DNA of 64,000 nt from Fistulifera solaris (GCA_030295235.1 AP026154.1:248001-312000); one strand, 5' to 3'. Positions 48,401-61,162 are shown, counted from the first letter of the stretch. A program made the numbers and translations. The notes: generated by a model not told the origin, from the letters alone.

Positions 48401-48455
48401 CACTACTAAATCCGAAATAGCAACAGTTCAATCGTTCGCAGAGTTTGTATTTTAG

Positions 48456-50876
48456 TTATAGTACAGTTTGACTTCGACAGGTGATCGAGAAGTTCTTAAC
48501 AGCAGATGTGCCGTAAACAAATGCAAAGGCTCTTTCCACTACAAGACCGATTGTGCAACTCTTTCTCGACTCACACTGGTAGTTTTCATACACACCATTC
48601 CAATTCATAGATAGAAGCAAGTTTCCATTGCTTCCATCCATTGAACAAGTCACGTAAGACCACTCACTTGAAATTTCCAAATAGAACAGTTTGAATTCAT
48701 TAGCCGCCATCGAAAACGTTGTAGAAGTCACTCCATCTGTTAGTGCGATCGCAGGATTTGCAGAGCAAGTCAACGTGTACTGCATCTTGGACAACGCACG
48801 TATATCAATCAAAGCGACACTGTTGGCTTGCAATGGCCCAAGGGAGCATACCTTCTTTTCCTTGCCGATAACAGCGGAGGAGCAATCTGGAAAGCTAGCC
48901 TTCCAATTCATATACAAGCTCGCATCTCCTTTCATGATCGCCGTACAAGTAACGATTGTCATGGCTTCAGGAGCCTCGAGTGCATATGAATGAAACTCAT
49001 CGTATCCGGCAAGACTTCCGAGTTTCGGAACGTTATCCGACAGTAGAACCCTTTCAGAAATATCTCTATTACATTCTACCGAGAAAAATGAAGTGGCTTC
49101 ATTTGCAAAGACCAATAGCGATGCTTTGTCGGAAAGGGAGGGACCAAGTAAACACCTCGTAGGCTCACCGCCCTCCCATAGGGCGGAGCAGCTAACGCGT
49201 CGTAAGTCAGTATCCCAACTTCCAATCATCGAAAGACTACCCTGGTTCAATGTAACAGTGCAATCAACTGATGCAATGGCTGAAGAGCTAAGATCCATTG
49301 TAAACAACTTGACGCCACCGCTTGCTAAGGCGTGCCCGCCTGATGAGACATTATCCACCAAAGCAACCGAAGACGCAGGGATATTTATCGTTTTACAGAC
49401 GACCGAGAACGAAGGAGCTGTGATGGCTGCGTAAACAAAAGCATGCAAAGTGCCTGGTCCACCAGTTAAGGCACATACATCATTGATTGAATAATACGAC
49501 GAGCCTGCGCAGCCAAAAGTTCCAATATCTCCATTCCAGTTCAAGTAAACGTTTAAACTTCCTTCGTCTGACACAGTACGGCAAATTACTGTCGTGTCGG
49601 CAGATGTGACATCCATAGTGAATGTTCGCATTTGATTCGAGACGAGTCCGAAAGGGCCCGCTAATACACCGTCCTCCAGAACGACGGGATCGTATTCGGT
49701 AGGCGAAACACTCCGATAAGCCCTATAGTTTGCCGCCATGACAACGACTTGACCCGATGTGAACTCAAACATACAAACGTCATCTGAGTAATCCATGAAA
49801 TTGTTTACAGGATCGTTGCCCGGAAGATCAGGGCAAGTATCTGTGTTTGGCCGACAACCCGAATGAAACGAGGATTCCGCTGGAGTATCTGCAACGCCGT
49901 CACCTGCCGGAGAGCAACCACCCGAAAACGTGTGAAAGAGCCCCAACCAGTGTGCAGTTTCGTGCACTAAAGTGTCACCTTCATTGGCAAACTCGTGTCT
50001 GCCTCCCTTAAGAGTATAAGGCTGAACCACTATCCCATCCAATTTTGGAGACGACACATAATTCCAAGGAAATACAGCAAAGCCTTCCGCGAGATTGCCA
50101 CCATAGACAGGATTGGTCAAGAAAATGTTTAATACAGATGCACCGCCCAGTCGGTCTTTCTTCAGTCTAGCCTCTGAGGCTTCGCCAATGGAGACGGACA
50201 TGAGTCGAGGGGCGTACTGACGTAGAACGCAGGCATTGTTGTCATTAACATTGTCAGTAGTTTCTCCTGATAGCTTGTAAGTTTTCGTTCTCCTACCGTT
50301 CTCCACAACTTTAGCCATTGTGAATCGAAATGGGGTATCCACCGAGCATTTTCTATTTTGCTTATCGCACCACGGTTGATTGACATCACAACAGGACTGA
50401 GAAGAAAAGGCGGCGTTTAAATGATTCAAATTGTTCTGTAGTTCTTGATTCGTGATGCGGCGACTAAGGATGAATCCGGAAATAGACCAAGGAATGTGAA
50501 AACAAATAGGAATGGTGATAGTTTCTTCCGTTTCTTGGAAACCTGCTTCCTCGCGATTCTCTCCGAGTTCAAACTGAATGCGGGCTTGTTGTTCGCGACG
50601 GAATGCTTCAAACTTGATTGCTCGCGTTTGCTGCACAAAATCGTCCGGCCCTGGTTCTCGAGTACCACATCCCTGTTTCCCGTGAACGTGTTCTTCTTCT
50701 CCTCCTCCGCCGCCGCCGCGAAGGAATACGTTGGTGAGAAACCGCATCGTATCATCGTGATAATGTGATGCATTGACAGTGAACGACGACAATCCGACCC
50801 AAAACAGCTCGATGGACACTGCCAACACCAGAAAGAGAAGCGGTGTCAACCAGAAAAAAACGCGGAGCTTGCTCAT
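48456..50876 (-). CDS. M43 (pappalysin/ulilysin-type) metallopeptidase with four C-terminal PPC-like repeats
   Basis: N-terminal hydrophobic segment, CGT cysteine switch, HETAHWLGLFHTF, Met-turn NNFMDYS, and four approximately 100-aa repeats (LxDxV...F...V.C...G.L.....W...C). Confidence 0.9.
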   Translation of the reverse strand: MSKLRVFFWLTPLLFLVLAVSIELFWVGLSSFTVNASHYHDDTMRFLTNVFLRGGGGGGEEEHVHGKQGCGTREPGPDDFVQQTRAIKFEAFRREQQARIQFELGENREEAGFQETEETITIPICFHIPWSISGFILSRRITNQELQNNLNHLNAAFSSQSCCDVNQPWCDKQNRKCSVDTPFRFTMAKVVENGRRTKTYKLSGETTDNVNDNNACVLRQYAPRLMSVSIGEASEARLKKDRLGGASVLNIFLTNPVYGGNLAEGFAVFPWNYVSSPKLDGIVVQPYTLKGGRHEFANEGDTLVHETAHWLGLFHTFSGGCSPAGDGVADTPAESSFHSGCRPNTDTCPDLPGNDPVNNFMDYSDDVCMFEFTSGQVVVMAANYRAYRSVSPTEYDPVVLEDGVLAGPFGLVSNQMRTFTMDVTSADTTVICRTVSDEGSLNVYLNWNGDIGTFGCAGSSYYSINDVCALTGGPGTLHAFVYAAITAPSFSVVCKTINIPASSVALVDNVSSGGHALASGGVKLFTMDLSSSAIASVDCTVTLNQGSLSMIGSWDTDLRRVSCSALWEGGEPTRCLLGPSLSDKASLLVFANEATSFFSVECNRDISERVLLSDNVPKLGSLAGYDEFHSYALEAPEAMTIVTCTAIMKGDASLYMNWKASFPDCSSAVIGKEKKVCSLGPLQANSVALIDIRALSKMQYTLTCSANPAIALTDGVTSTTFSMAANEFKLFYLEISSEWSYVTCSMDGSNGNLLLSMNWNGVYENYQCESRKSCTIGLVVERAFAFVYGTSAVKNFSITCRSQTVL

Positions 50877-51193
50877 GATAATGACATCGGATGAAATGGG
50901 TGACAACACAAATCTGTTTGATTGAAGGGTCAAGAAAAATGAGCCAAAGTTGTTGGTTCGGTTTAAAGTTTGAATGGACGTCAACAATGGACAACTCTCC
51001 AATGGAGTATGGCTAAAAATCTTTGAGTCGTTTTTACCTTGACAACCGACAACGAGAAAAATTTAGATAAGCCCCTCAAAGAATGAACTCGAACTCTCAT
51101 GATGTATCAGGGCGAGTCGCGAACCTCTCTGTTGATGACAACAAAAAAGCGGAAACGCCGATGAAGCAATATTTTTCAAAAATAATAATCATC

Positions 51194-52164
51194 ATGACAG
51201 CAAGATCATTGTCGATATTAATTTTATTTATAACTGTCCTATCCTCTTGGGCCGTGCATTTGAGCTGGATCAATGGCATAGCGTACATTCGTGGCTATGC
51301 CGACGAAGAGCAGAAAGTCCTCGAACGTATGTTCGGAGCCAAAGTGCATTTTTGTTACAATCCTACCAAAATGACGAGCGATCAAGACGTCATTGGCTTT
51401 GTGAATGATTTAACACAAGCGGGAACACAAAAATTGGGACGACTGACGCTTGAAGTGGAGTCTTTGGTAAAACATTTGCGACAGGCGCTGCAAAAACGAC
51501 CGAACGAACGCGTCGTACTCATTGCCCATTCCCAGGGCGCCTTGATCACGTACTTGGCCGTACAGCAATTGAATACCACCGAAATTGAGAAACTCGAAGT
51601 ACTCGCTTTTGGTGGCGCGGCCGCCTTGCGCACGACACCCCGCACACCATTCAAACGCTGCATCAATTATTATTCGATCAATGATCCGATTTTGTTTGTT
51701 GTTCCCTCGGCGGCACAGGCATTACGGTCGGGATTGGCGCATGAAGAGTTTTGCTTTCTGTCACCGCGTGTGGGAGATCCAATCGTGGACCATTATTTGT
51801 TGAGCCCTACGTATAAGAGTGCGCTGGAATGGGAGAGTCAACGGTTTCAGAGAGAATACCAAAGCGTCGTGGTCCGGCGCTTGCGAAGTTTCTTTTACTC
51901 CTGACCGCTATCGCAGAATGGATATCGAGCCAATTGCAACGACTTCTCAAAAGTGTGTTGCTGCGGCCGGTGCTGGGTGCGATTCATGCAGTGCAGCAAA
52001 AGATTCAACAAAGTATTCGTCAAATCATAATATGGATGCTGATCTACGTCATTCGACCGATGCAGCTACTAAACAATTTGATTCGTGAGACTGCTCAATC
52101 TTGGAAAGGAGATAAGGTGGATCATTATGTTGCCGTTGATAAACTGGAAACATTTGAAGACTGA
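51194..52164 (+). CDS. secreted or membrane-associated alpha/beta-hydrolase-like protein
   Basis: Signal peptide; nucleophile elbow IAHSQGA; NDP and DH candidates for the triad; frameshift near 51886-51890. Confidence 0.78.
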
Positions 52165-52678
52165 GCGACAGTGAAATAGCTGGATAGTCTTGAACATTGC
52201 TATCATTACGAGCCATGAAACAGTCCGTCGAGTCCTTAATAGTAATTTGTGACGAATTTGGCGGGTGGATGATTTTCAAAAAACTACCGATCCGTTGTCA
52301 TCGCGATCTAGATCCCCAATTTACTTGGCCGGGTAGAAGGCTTCGGATTTACTGACGAGCAGTGTGAAAGAATGAATCTACTACCGTAGTGAAACTGAAA
52401 TCATATCTTAAGCCAGCAGGTGGGCATCTTCTTTCTCGAAGGAATAATGTTCATCTAATGCTTGCAACTAATGATAATCGTGGTCATGGTCATCGTACAC
52501 TGGAAAATAAGAAAGTAAGTTGCTGACTATTTTTTCGTAATGACACAAAAGCAAAGACTCTCCAAACCAGTGAGAATGGTATCTTTTTGGCATGGTCATT
52601 GTTGTGGGTCTTTGGCTCAACGGACGCTCCTTGCTCGTTGCTTGATGCTTAAAATCACATCATGTTCAAACCGACAAC

Positions 52679-53182
52679 ATGAGAGTTCCCACAGAACATT
52701 CACACCGAAATCGTCAAGGCACCACAAGCAAATCAACACACAACCACGATGAAGAAAAGATCAAGAATACGGACAAGCCACGGAGAGAAGAGAGTCCGTT
52801 TTTCTTCTGCGCCCCGACTATTCGTCTGTTTTTACGCATAGAAGAACCGGTTTGGTATCAAGAAAAGGACTTTGCGGCCTTTGAGCGTGAGAATCGAAAA
52901 ACGATTTCTCTTCTCAAAAAATACAAGTTGAGCGAACTCGATGCCGAGCTATATTGCATTGATGGCTTGGAATTCTTAATGTCCAAGTCACTCAACAAAC
53001 GAACCAACAATCGGTTTCGGGACAACCTAATCCGACAAACCATTCTTCGCCATCACCAGCTGCAGAAATGTCACGGAAAATATGACCCAGAACTCTTAAA
53101 AAACATTTCACAGCTCTTCTCTGGTTCAGCTTCCTATCAAGCGCAAATTAAGGCGGCGATTTACCACGTACTAGCTGCCTGA
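52679..53182 (+). CDS. uncharacterised diatom-type protein
   Basis: VWYQEKDF...CIDGLE...DPELLKNISQLFS pattern. Start codon uncertain. Confidence 0.6.
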   Translation: MRVPTEHSHRNRQGTTSKSTHNHDEEKIKNTDKPRREESPFFFCAPTIRLFLRIEEPVWYQEKDFAAFERENRKTISLLKKYKLSELDAELYCIDGLEFLMSKSLNKRTNNRFRDNLIRQTILRHHQLQKCHGKYDPELLKNISQLFSGSASYQAQIKAAIYHVLAA

Positions 53183-54030
53183 GCATTCTCACGCGCCATG
53201 TTGTTCGTCTCCTTAGCGGCTGGACCGCTAAAGTCAGTGGTAGCTCTATTCAGTGAACTCATAATGTAAGATACATGGTTATGTTCCCTGTGATCGGATC
53301 CCTAGAAGTTTTGTTTTGAACTGTCTTGAAAAGACTGTTCAAGGCGATGTTGATTATTACCTGAACAAACTCGGAATTGCTCTATTCAGTGCAAAACAGT
53401 GTTTATAGCAGGCATTTGGAATGCCGCGATCGTTGCTCGTGGATTATTTGCTTCCCTATTTACGAAAAAAGAGCTAGTCGCGTAAAATTTATTATGCTCA
53501 AGTCCACGGACACAATGCACCCTAGTAAAATTGAGCATTCAAAACTCTTCCGAATCAAACTGCTCCCTGGACACCATTCGTGTTTTTAGTTAATGAATTG
53601 AATCATTATAATTGATTTTAACTGTATTTCCGATGTCTGCTTCGATTTCCTAAGTCTTTTCAAATTTACTATAGCCCCAGAGTGTCCGCGACCTTTCACC
53701 ACGACTGCAATTCCAGTCATGAGTATTAATCTTTTTCAGTGCGGCTTCTGCCTAAATACCGATCGTTTTGCTCGACTTGTAAGCTAGTGATGCCTGAATC
53801 GATTTCCAATTATCTTCACCGGCAATGTCAATGCTCGCTTTGGGTTTTAAAGTCGCAATTGGTAGCCCAAATTGTAGACAACCTTTCAACACGACTGCAT
53901 TTCAGTCATGAGTCAAGCTTTTTCTCGCGGTCCGTCTGCCTGACCCATTGCGCGCATTGCATGACAAACTTCGATAAGAAGTTTTTTTTAACAAGCAAAA
54001 CAAAATCATAAGATAAACAGTCTACCGGTA

Positions 54031-55897
54031 ATGTCGTTCCTTATCCTTTCCTTGTCGTCTCTATCACTATCGGCCCAAGCTACCGATAAAGTTCTAACGT
54101 TCCCTCTTGTCCCACATCACGAGATAGCGCGCCGACGTCGAGCACTGACGCAAACAAACCGCTACACCGACGCCGAGGAGGAAGAACGAAGAAATGAGCA
54201 ATATCAAGCTCGATCTATGTCCTTCTTTGGAAGCACCGGAAGTACGAAGAACGATTCTACAGAACAATTAGCCAAGCAGGTTTCTGTGATCTATCAAGGA
54301 TACGGTGTAAGTCGTCTTGCCGACAATAGGTATTGATTTTTATTGGGGTCCTTCAATCTCAAAAATGCTATCCCTCTCCTCACAGACCCATTACGTCGAT
54401 TTGTGGGTTGGCACACCCCCACAACGTCAAACTGTCATTATCGATACTGGATCGGGTGTAACAGCCTTTCCGTGCGCTACCTGTACTCATTGTGGTGTCC
54501 CTGAATATCACGCTAGTCGCTTGTTTCAGCAAGATGATAGTATTACCTTTCGTTTGTTGACTTGTGATGAATGCACCGGGTACCAGACACACTGCGATTG
54601 GCAAGGGAAAACGTGTCGTATGGAAGCTTTGTACGGGGAAGGAAGTTTCTGGTACGCGCAACAATCGGAAGATGTCGCTTATTTAGGAGGCTCGCATTAC
54701 CGACCCGTGCATCAGGATCAAATCGGTAAACCAGTGAGTGACTTGGATCCGACTGCGGGCGCGGCTTTGGCAATGCAGTTACAATTCTTCTGTCAAGATT
54801 TTATCACGGGCCTGTTTGTACCACAGCTGGCGGACGGGATTATGGGGATGGATCGCGATTCATTGAGTTGGGTGCGCCAGATGAAGAAACAAGGAAAAGT
54901 AGATCGAGAAGCTTTTAGTTTATGCTTTGTGCGCGCTCCTAATATTCTAAGGGATGGATCCGAAGCTGGAACAATCAGTTTGGGAGGCACAGATACTCGC
55001 CTGCATCGAACACCCATAGTCTATACCGACCGTTCCTACGTGAAGGGAGGATGGTACGGTGTGCACATAAGAAAAGTTTATCTGCGGGAAGGCGGCGGTG
55101 GAAACTATGTCACGCCGTCTACAAATCACCTTAAGATAATCCCTTTAAAGATTGACGAAAACGCAATGAATACAGGTGACATTATTGTCGATTCCGGAAC
55201 CACCAACACTTTCCTTCACAAAAGCATAGGTGACGCCTTGTATGGTCAATACAAAGAAATGACGGGCCGCGATTGGGATCACGATTGGAAAACTTTGACG
55301 CTGGAAGAACTCGATAGCCTTCCCACCATACTTTTACAGCTTCGGGGCGACGACTCTCGCAACAAACAAGTCGCCGCTGACTTTGGAAAACAGGGTGTCG
55401 TCCCAGGCCTTGTTGGACAACTGGATCCGCAGCATCCTTACGATGTATTGATTGCTATTCCACCCTCCCATTACTATGAATACCGTCCAGATACAGGCAA
55501 AGTCGCAAACCGACTGTTCGCCGATGGGCGAGGAATGAGCATTCTCGGGGCAAATAGTATGATGGGACACGACATCCTGTTTGACTTAGATCACAATATA
55601 CTGGGATGGGCTGAGAGTACGTGCGATTACGATCAATTATTAAAAAGAAACTTTGATGGAGCCTATCCGCCGCAGTGGAAGGAACCCGTCGAAATGACCT
55701 GGCTGGGGGGACGGTCCCATGATGCAGTTTGTAGTGGATTTTTATGCCAACTGTCGTGCACCACTATCATGGTCATATTACTTTTTGCGGCGCATCAGAA
55801 GTTTAAAAAAAGAAAAGCTAATGTGGAACGTCAATTATCTATTGTGGAACTGGAAATGCAAACGCCACCTTCCTTTCGAGATTCGGAGTACTCCTAA
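54031..55897 (+). CDS. A1 aspartic protease with C-terminal TM (plasmepsin V-like architecture)
   Basis: Signal peptide; intron 54307-54385; IIDTGSG and IVDSGTT; CxxCxxC insert; ILGAN; TM near the C-terminus. Confidence 0.92.
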
Positions 55898-57062
55898 GGA
55901 ACCCCTTTCAAGCCTGGAGCGTTAATCTTTTTATAAAATAGACTGCTGAATGCTGAATGGAAGGCTCTTCAGAGAGAGTAGGAGACTAGAGACAAGGTCT
56001 TAGACCTTTTTGGCTTAATACTGTTCATCATACGAAGTACTTGGCCGCTTGGTAGTCTCGAGGCTCGAGATCATACGCTTAAAAGGTTGAGGGTTTAGGT
56101 CTATGGTCATAGTTTGAAATCATCATCCTCGAAAGTTCAGTTTTTACCGGGATGGTCTGGTGTTGATTGTTCATAGCTCATAGTGTGCAGCGTTTAGTTT
56201 CTCCGAGAATCGAGGGCGATATCTTTGTTCCCAGTTCACTCGCTGGTTTCCTTTTATCCAGAAAGCCGAAATGCGAACCAATAACGTCCCAGGTTCTCCA
56301 TTCCTTATCCCCAATTTTTTTCACGCGTTCGTATCAGCTCGAGGAGTTCTTTGACCTATTGCCCCATATCCCAGAAATTGCTAATACGAAATACGAAACT
56401 ACCTACTTCAACTGTCTTCATATCGTATCAAGGGATAGGAAAACGGAAACCGGAAACTGCTTGGAGCTTGGAGCAGAAGACTCTGCGCTCAGCGCTCAGC
56501 GCTCATCAATTAGAGTTCACTAGCCAAAGAATACTCCAGTAGGTAATCTTGATTCTTGATTGGTGCCATCTGTATTCACAACGCTGTTTACCTTTTACCT
56601 TTTACCTCGGTCACAGCTCTATCTCGGGTCACAGATAGTATACTAAGAACACGCTCTGAGGCTCTGAGTTCTGAGTGGGGATTAGGAAAAATACTTCGCA
56701 CTTCGCCGTCTTAACGCTTCGCTTTCATCTTTCATTAAGTGATTGTTGCCTTTCGCAGAGTTTTGGATGTTCGACGAAGGTCATTTCTATAGTAATTAGT
56801 CATTAGAATATCATAGATCATAAATCATCGGAGAAACGTGACTCGTCTTTAAAGTTCGCCTCGGTGCGCTTCGTTCTTCAGGATCAGCTCTCCTACACTA
56901 TCCATATAGTCGACTATCGAACCAAACTCCGATGGACAGTCAGTTTCCGAAGCCTTGTGCCTGCTCAGACACAAGGAACCTCAAGCCCAGTTTACCAACA
57001 GAAATTTGTTCGTCGAAGGCACACAAATAATTGATTTCCTTCGAGTGTCGCCAACATCCAAC

Positions 57063-57737
57063 ATGCTCTCTTCGTCTTTCGCAGCTACCGGTAGCACACT
57101 TGTCCTTGATTTTAAGGACGCAAGTATAAGCAGCCTCTTTTATTCTGAAGATGACTTGGAACCGCTCCCCCTCCACGAGGAAACTGGATGGCCCACTAGC
57201 GATCGGATTCTCTTCGACTTTGGACCGACTCCCATTAGGTGTACCAGTACTGCCGTTGAAAGCGCACCGGTCGTTGCTCCATTCACTAAGCTGATGAACT
57301 GCAGCAAAGAGGATCCAAGTAACTCACTTGGATCCATGAAAAATCCCTTGTCGATGGCTCTCATAATGAATAACCTTGTAAAGGTCAATTCATCAAGGGA
57401 GGAGACGGCCGGCCCGAACAACAACGATGTCGTCTGCTCGCGTGGTAGACGGTTCCACGACCTTCCTGGTTGTGTTCGGTTCCGCAAGATAGTCAACGAC
57501 TACATTCCATCGTACGTATCAGCGTCGAGCCGGGTGGACAAGTCCTCGGTCATTGCGCAGATCATTGACGAGGTGTTGAACCATGAGGACGGCCCCGTTC
57601 GCTTTCTGAAATACCACACATCCACAAAGTCGTGGAATGTCATGGGGAAAGAGCAAATCCGCGATAAAGTCGGCCATGCTCTGAGGGAAGTCATCGAAGA
57701 GATGAACCGAAACGAGCGACTTGCTGCTTGGCGATAG
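57063..57737 (+). CDS. DUF6824-type diatom protein
   Basis: PNNNDVVCSRG...GCVRFRKIV...KSSVIAQII...RFLK...W...RDKVGHALR. Confidence 0.78.
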   Translation: MLSSSFAATGSTLVLDFKDASISSLFYSEDDLEPLPLHEETGWPTSDRILFDFGPTPIRCTSTAVESAPVVAPFTKLMNCSKEDPSNSLGSMKNPLSMALIMNNLVKVNSSREETAGPNNNDVVCSRGRRFHDLPGCVRFRKIVNDYIPSYVSASSRVDKSSVIAQIIDEVLNHEDGPVRFLKYHTSTKSWNVMGKEQIRDKVGHALREVIEEMNRNERLAAWR

Positions 57738-57932
57738 TAGCTATAGTCATAACTTTGTAACTTCTACTTATTAAAATTTCCCCAACTCCGTCAAAACTCT
57801 CTTTAAAATATACCGACATTCTATCTGATCATTAGATGAAAGGAAAAACGTCGTTTAATAGTGAACAAACAGGTAGCTTATACAAAGTGATGTCGACCCG
57901 AACGAAGGGGACCTCCGCCATAGGGAACAATT

Positions 57933-58694
57933 CTATTTTCGCTGCACAATCGCTCCCACTAATGGCGGTGTCGGAGATGCCAATCGCAAAGCGTCTTGCT
58001 GCAGCAAAGAGAGTATTCCGTACGGCGGTTGAGCTGGACTTTGATTGATGACTAGCTTTTCAATTTTGTGTTGCGAAATCAACCCCGAATTGGGATCCAG
58101 AGTGTAGAGTGAAATGCCGTCTACGTGAAGAGGTCGACCCCAAGGAACTTTAGGGACCAATACGGCATTCCAGGCAATTCGAATCGACGAACGGCAAAAG
58201 TCGTAAACCATGCGATGTTGTACCACCGGTTTAGGGGCGAACCAAAACCGACAAAGGTTTGCAGAAAAGAAATCGCCGATTTGTACTTTTCTAATCCTAT
58301 TAATTGAACACCCGACGGGTCTAACACCTCTAGCTCGTCATGATAAATGGAAAAGTCTGCGCGAATTTTGAGTCAGCAAGTCAGATTATTCGGATAATCA
58401 GGTACAAACGTGCTCTTTTGCGTCACTCTCTCACAACATACCTGGCAATTCTGTCAATATATTTTGCATATCCTTTCGTAATGTATCCATGGCACGACCC
58501 AAATGAATCTGAAACTCTTGTCGTTCATCTACAATTTGTTGCAGTACGGTTGGTAAGGGGGCCTTTTCCGGAATCACGGGTGCTTCGCTATTCGTTCGCA
58601 TGGCCGTTTTGTGCTGCCGTTGCGGCGCAATTGTATAAGCCTTTACGTGGGCTATTAAGCATAAAAAGAGGAATAATATTGAAAAGACTTCCAT
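57933..58694 (-). CDS. DUF2358-like (NTF2/SnoaL fold) protein, probably plastid-targeted
   Basis: Signal peptide VKA-Y; LGRAMDTLRKD, then intron at about 58359-58441, DFSIYHDELEVLDP...GLEKYK and VDGISLYTLD. Frameshift at 58244-58247. Confidence 0.75.
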
Positions 58695-59240
58695 GATGAT
58701 TCTTCCTTGCAACTGATTTGTAAACGTATGTGTTCGACAACATCGTTTCGTTGAATCTTTGTGGTCGCTGAACCATCGTCGGTGGAACGTCGCGTATACC
58801 GTGTTTCTTCCGTACTCTCTTGAAAAGTGTACGATGGACTGGCCGTCGTCCCTGAAAAAGGTACTTGAATATAAAAAAACAGTACACTATCGAAGTGACG
58901 CACGTTTTCGGTCCATGCAAATTCAAAACTGATTCTACGGTCAATCTCGTACAGATTCTACGTAGAAGTGAATCCCGATGAAAGTCAGGTCACGCATCCG
59001 ATCTGACTCGGATCGTTCTCTGTGACAAACACTAAGGATAGGGTCCTCCAACAACGACCAAGTGCTCCCTATTCGAAGCAAAGGACCAGTGACCTAGAAC
59101 TAAACTAGACACTAGGTATCCTTTCATTTGAAGAAATGCATTTTTATTAACATTCAACGTATGATAGAGCAAGTCGTTGTGCCACTATTGATAGCAGTAG
59201 GTCAAGTCATGTTCCATTGCTCCCGAATGGAACTGCTAGC

Positions 59241-60629
59241 TTAGATCATCATTGCATCACTTCCCAGTGGCAACGTCCAATTCCATTGACTGGGTCGATA
59301 CTGCTGCAACTCCACACCTGCCATTTGCAATAAAATGCGACTGGCTCGCGCCGATTCGGTATCATGATACTGATCGGACGCGTAGACAACTTTGGCAATC
59401 CGTGATTGAATAATGTACTGGGCACACGCGTGACACGGAAATAAGGCAACATAGATGGTGGCACCCTCACACGATTCTTGGGCATTCAAGATGGCATTGA
59501 CTTCGGCATGACAAACGTACATGTATTTGGTGTGCAAGGCCGACGCGCCTTGTCGATGCCAGGGTAACACGTCGTCGGAACAACCGGCGGGAAATCCATT
59601 GTACCCCAAACCGACAATATGTCGACGGGAATCGACAATACAAGCCCCCACGGTGGTATTGGGGTCTTTGGAACGTTGTGCGGTCAGAAACGCGAGGGCC
59701 ATGAAGTAATCGTCCCACGTGAGTACATTCCGACGTCGTTTGTGCGATTGGATGAAATGGTAACCGGCTTCGCGTTGCATCAATTCCACATGCTCGGCCT
59801 TCCGGTCGGACGACAATGGCGGCACTGGTTGAATTTCTTCTTGTTCCGTTGGATTCAAAGCGGTGCGAAAATCAATTTCCACGAGTGGGGTGGAAGGGAC
59901 GTGTTGCTCCACGTGAACGCCCGCCAATTGCAGCATGATGCGACTGGCCTTTTCCGAGTCTGGATCGGAACCACACGTCGTTGACAAGGCATAGACGACG
60001 GTTGTTATGTCGGACGTTTGTGCAATGACTTTGGCACATTCGTGACAGGGAAAATGCCGTGTATACAATATGGTTCCTGGACCCCGTTTGTGCGGCACAC
60101 GACGATTCAATACCGCATTGGCGACCGCATGCACAACATACGGAGATGGTCCGTGCAACCAATGGTCTTTGGTTGTTTGTTGCCAGGGCAAAACATCATC
60201 GGAACAGTGCATCGGGAAGCCATTGTATCCGATGGCAATGACGCGTTGATCGTGTACTAAACAAGCCCCCGACGGCGTTTCGGGGTCTTTACTACGTCGT
60301 GCCGATAATTCGGCAATCGACATGAAATAATCCTCCCACGAAAGAAACGTTTCTCGTTTTTGACTCGAGGATGTGTCGTATTGGATCGTGTCGTGCAATA
60401 AGGAAGAAATGGCTTGATGATCGGTGAGGGGCTTGCGTGTGAGGGGACGCCTTTGTGAGGAAGATGGTGTAACCAAGAAGACAGTGGGCTGCTGATCTAG
60501 TAATGAAGTTCCGTTGATAGTTGTTTGTGCTCGATCAATCGATTTGTTGTTGGGAGTTGTAGTGTTTTCGTCGTCGTCGCACGAGGAGCAAAAACAACTC
60601 GATCCTCGTTTGTCACCTTTATTATTCAT
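59241..60629 (-). CDS. DCTD: tandem two-domain dCMP deaminase
   Basis: Two copies of W.DYFM..A.L.A.RSKDP...GAC.V...GYNGFP..CSDD.LPW. Domain 1 has HAV/PCHEC; domain 2 has HAE/PCHAC. Confidence 0.92.
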   Translation of the reverse strand: MNNKGDKRGSSCFCSSCDDDENTTTPNNKSIDRAQTTINGTSLLDQQPTVFLVTPSSSQRRPLTRKPLTDHQAISSLLHDTIQYDTSSSQKRETFLSWEDYFMSIAELSARRSKDPETPSGACLVHDQRVIAIGYNGFPMHCSDDVLPWQQTTKDHWLHGPSPYVVHAVANAVLNRRVPHKRGPGTILYTRHFPCHECAKVIAQTSDITTVVYALSTTCGSDPDSEKASRIMLQLAGVHVEQHVPSTPLVEIDFRTALNPTEQEEIQPVPPLSSDRKAEHVELMQREAGYHFIQSHKRRRNVLTWDDYFMALAFLTAQRSKDPNTTVGACIVDSRRHIVGLGYNGFPAGCSDDVLPWHRQGASALHTKYMYVCHAEVNAILNAQESCEGATIYVALFPCHACAQYIIQSRIAKVVYASDQYHDTESARASRILLQMAGVELQQYRPSQWNWTLPLGSDAMMI

Positions 60630-61162
60630 CGTAATCGGAAATGCAGTAATCAACTGCAATGCGAGTATCAATAGAATGTAACGAATAAAAGCACTATGGA
60701 AGATTAATTTACAATGAATGGATTTATTGTATTGTCCTCGCAATCGCATAGTGGGTCGGGTGTGGTTGGAAATGGTGTGTCATTGTCATGCGTCTCTTGA
60801 AATGGATGTCATAATTATTTTTGGTTGCCGCCAAAAACAAACAAACAACGAGGGAACGAAGTTTCACAATGTGCGCTATCGCTGCGACACAAACATAAAC
60901 TGACACTCACACACGAAATTTTCGTTCGTGTTTCGAGGTGATTGGAATTCGATGCAAACCGAGAAAAAAAAGAAAAAACGATGAGCCAACAAAAACGCTC
61001 ATCGTTTCCTTTCATTCATTCATTCCTTCTAAAAGTATATTACAACAATAACAATATACTGTACCTGGTAATAATAACAATTATTATTCGAATCATTTTT
61101 TCGGGCGTGTGCTCTCTGTGATAGACGAAAAGTCGCTCTTAAGTTACTTCTCCGTCCGTAGG

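Noticed and set aside
53213..53231. Small 3' UTR hairpins (TTAGCGG/CCGCTAA; also GTTCCATT/AATGGAAC at about 59211-59233)
   Set aside because: Stems of 7-8 bp are expected by chance in 64 kb; no SECIS or other recognisable motif.
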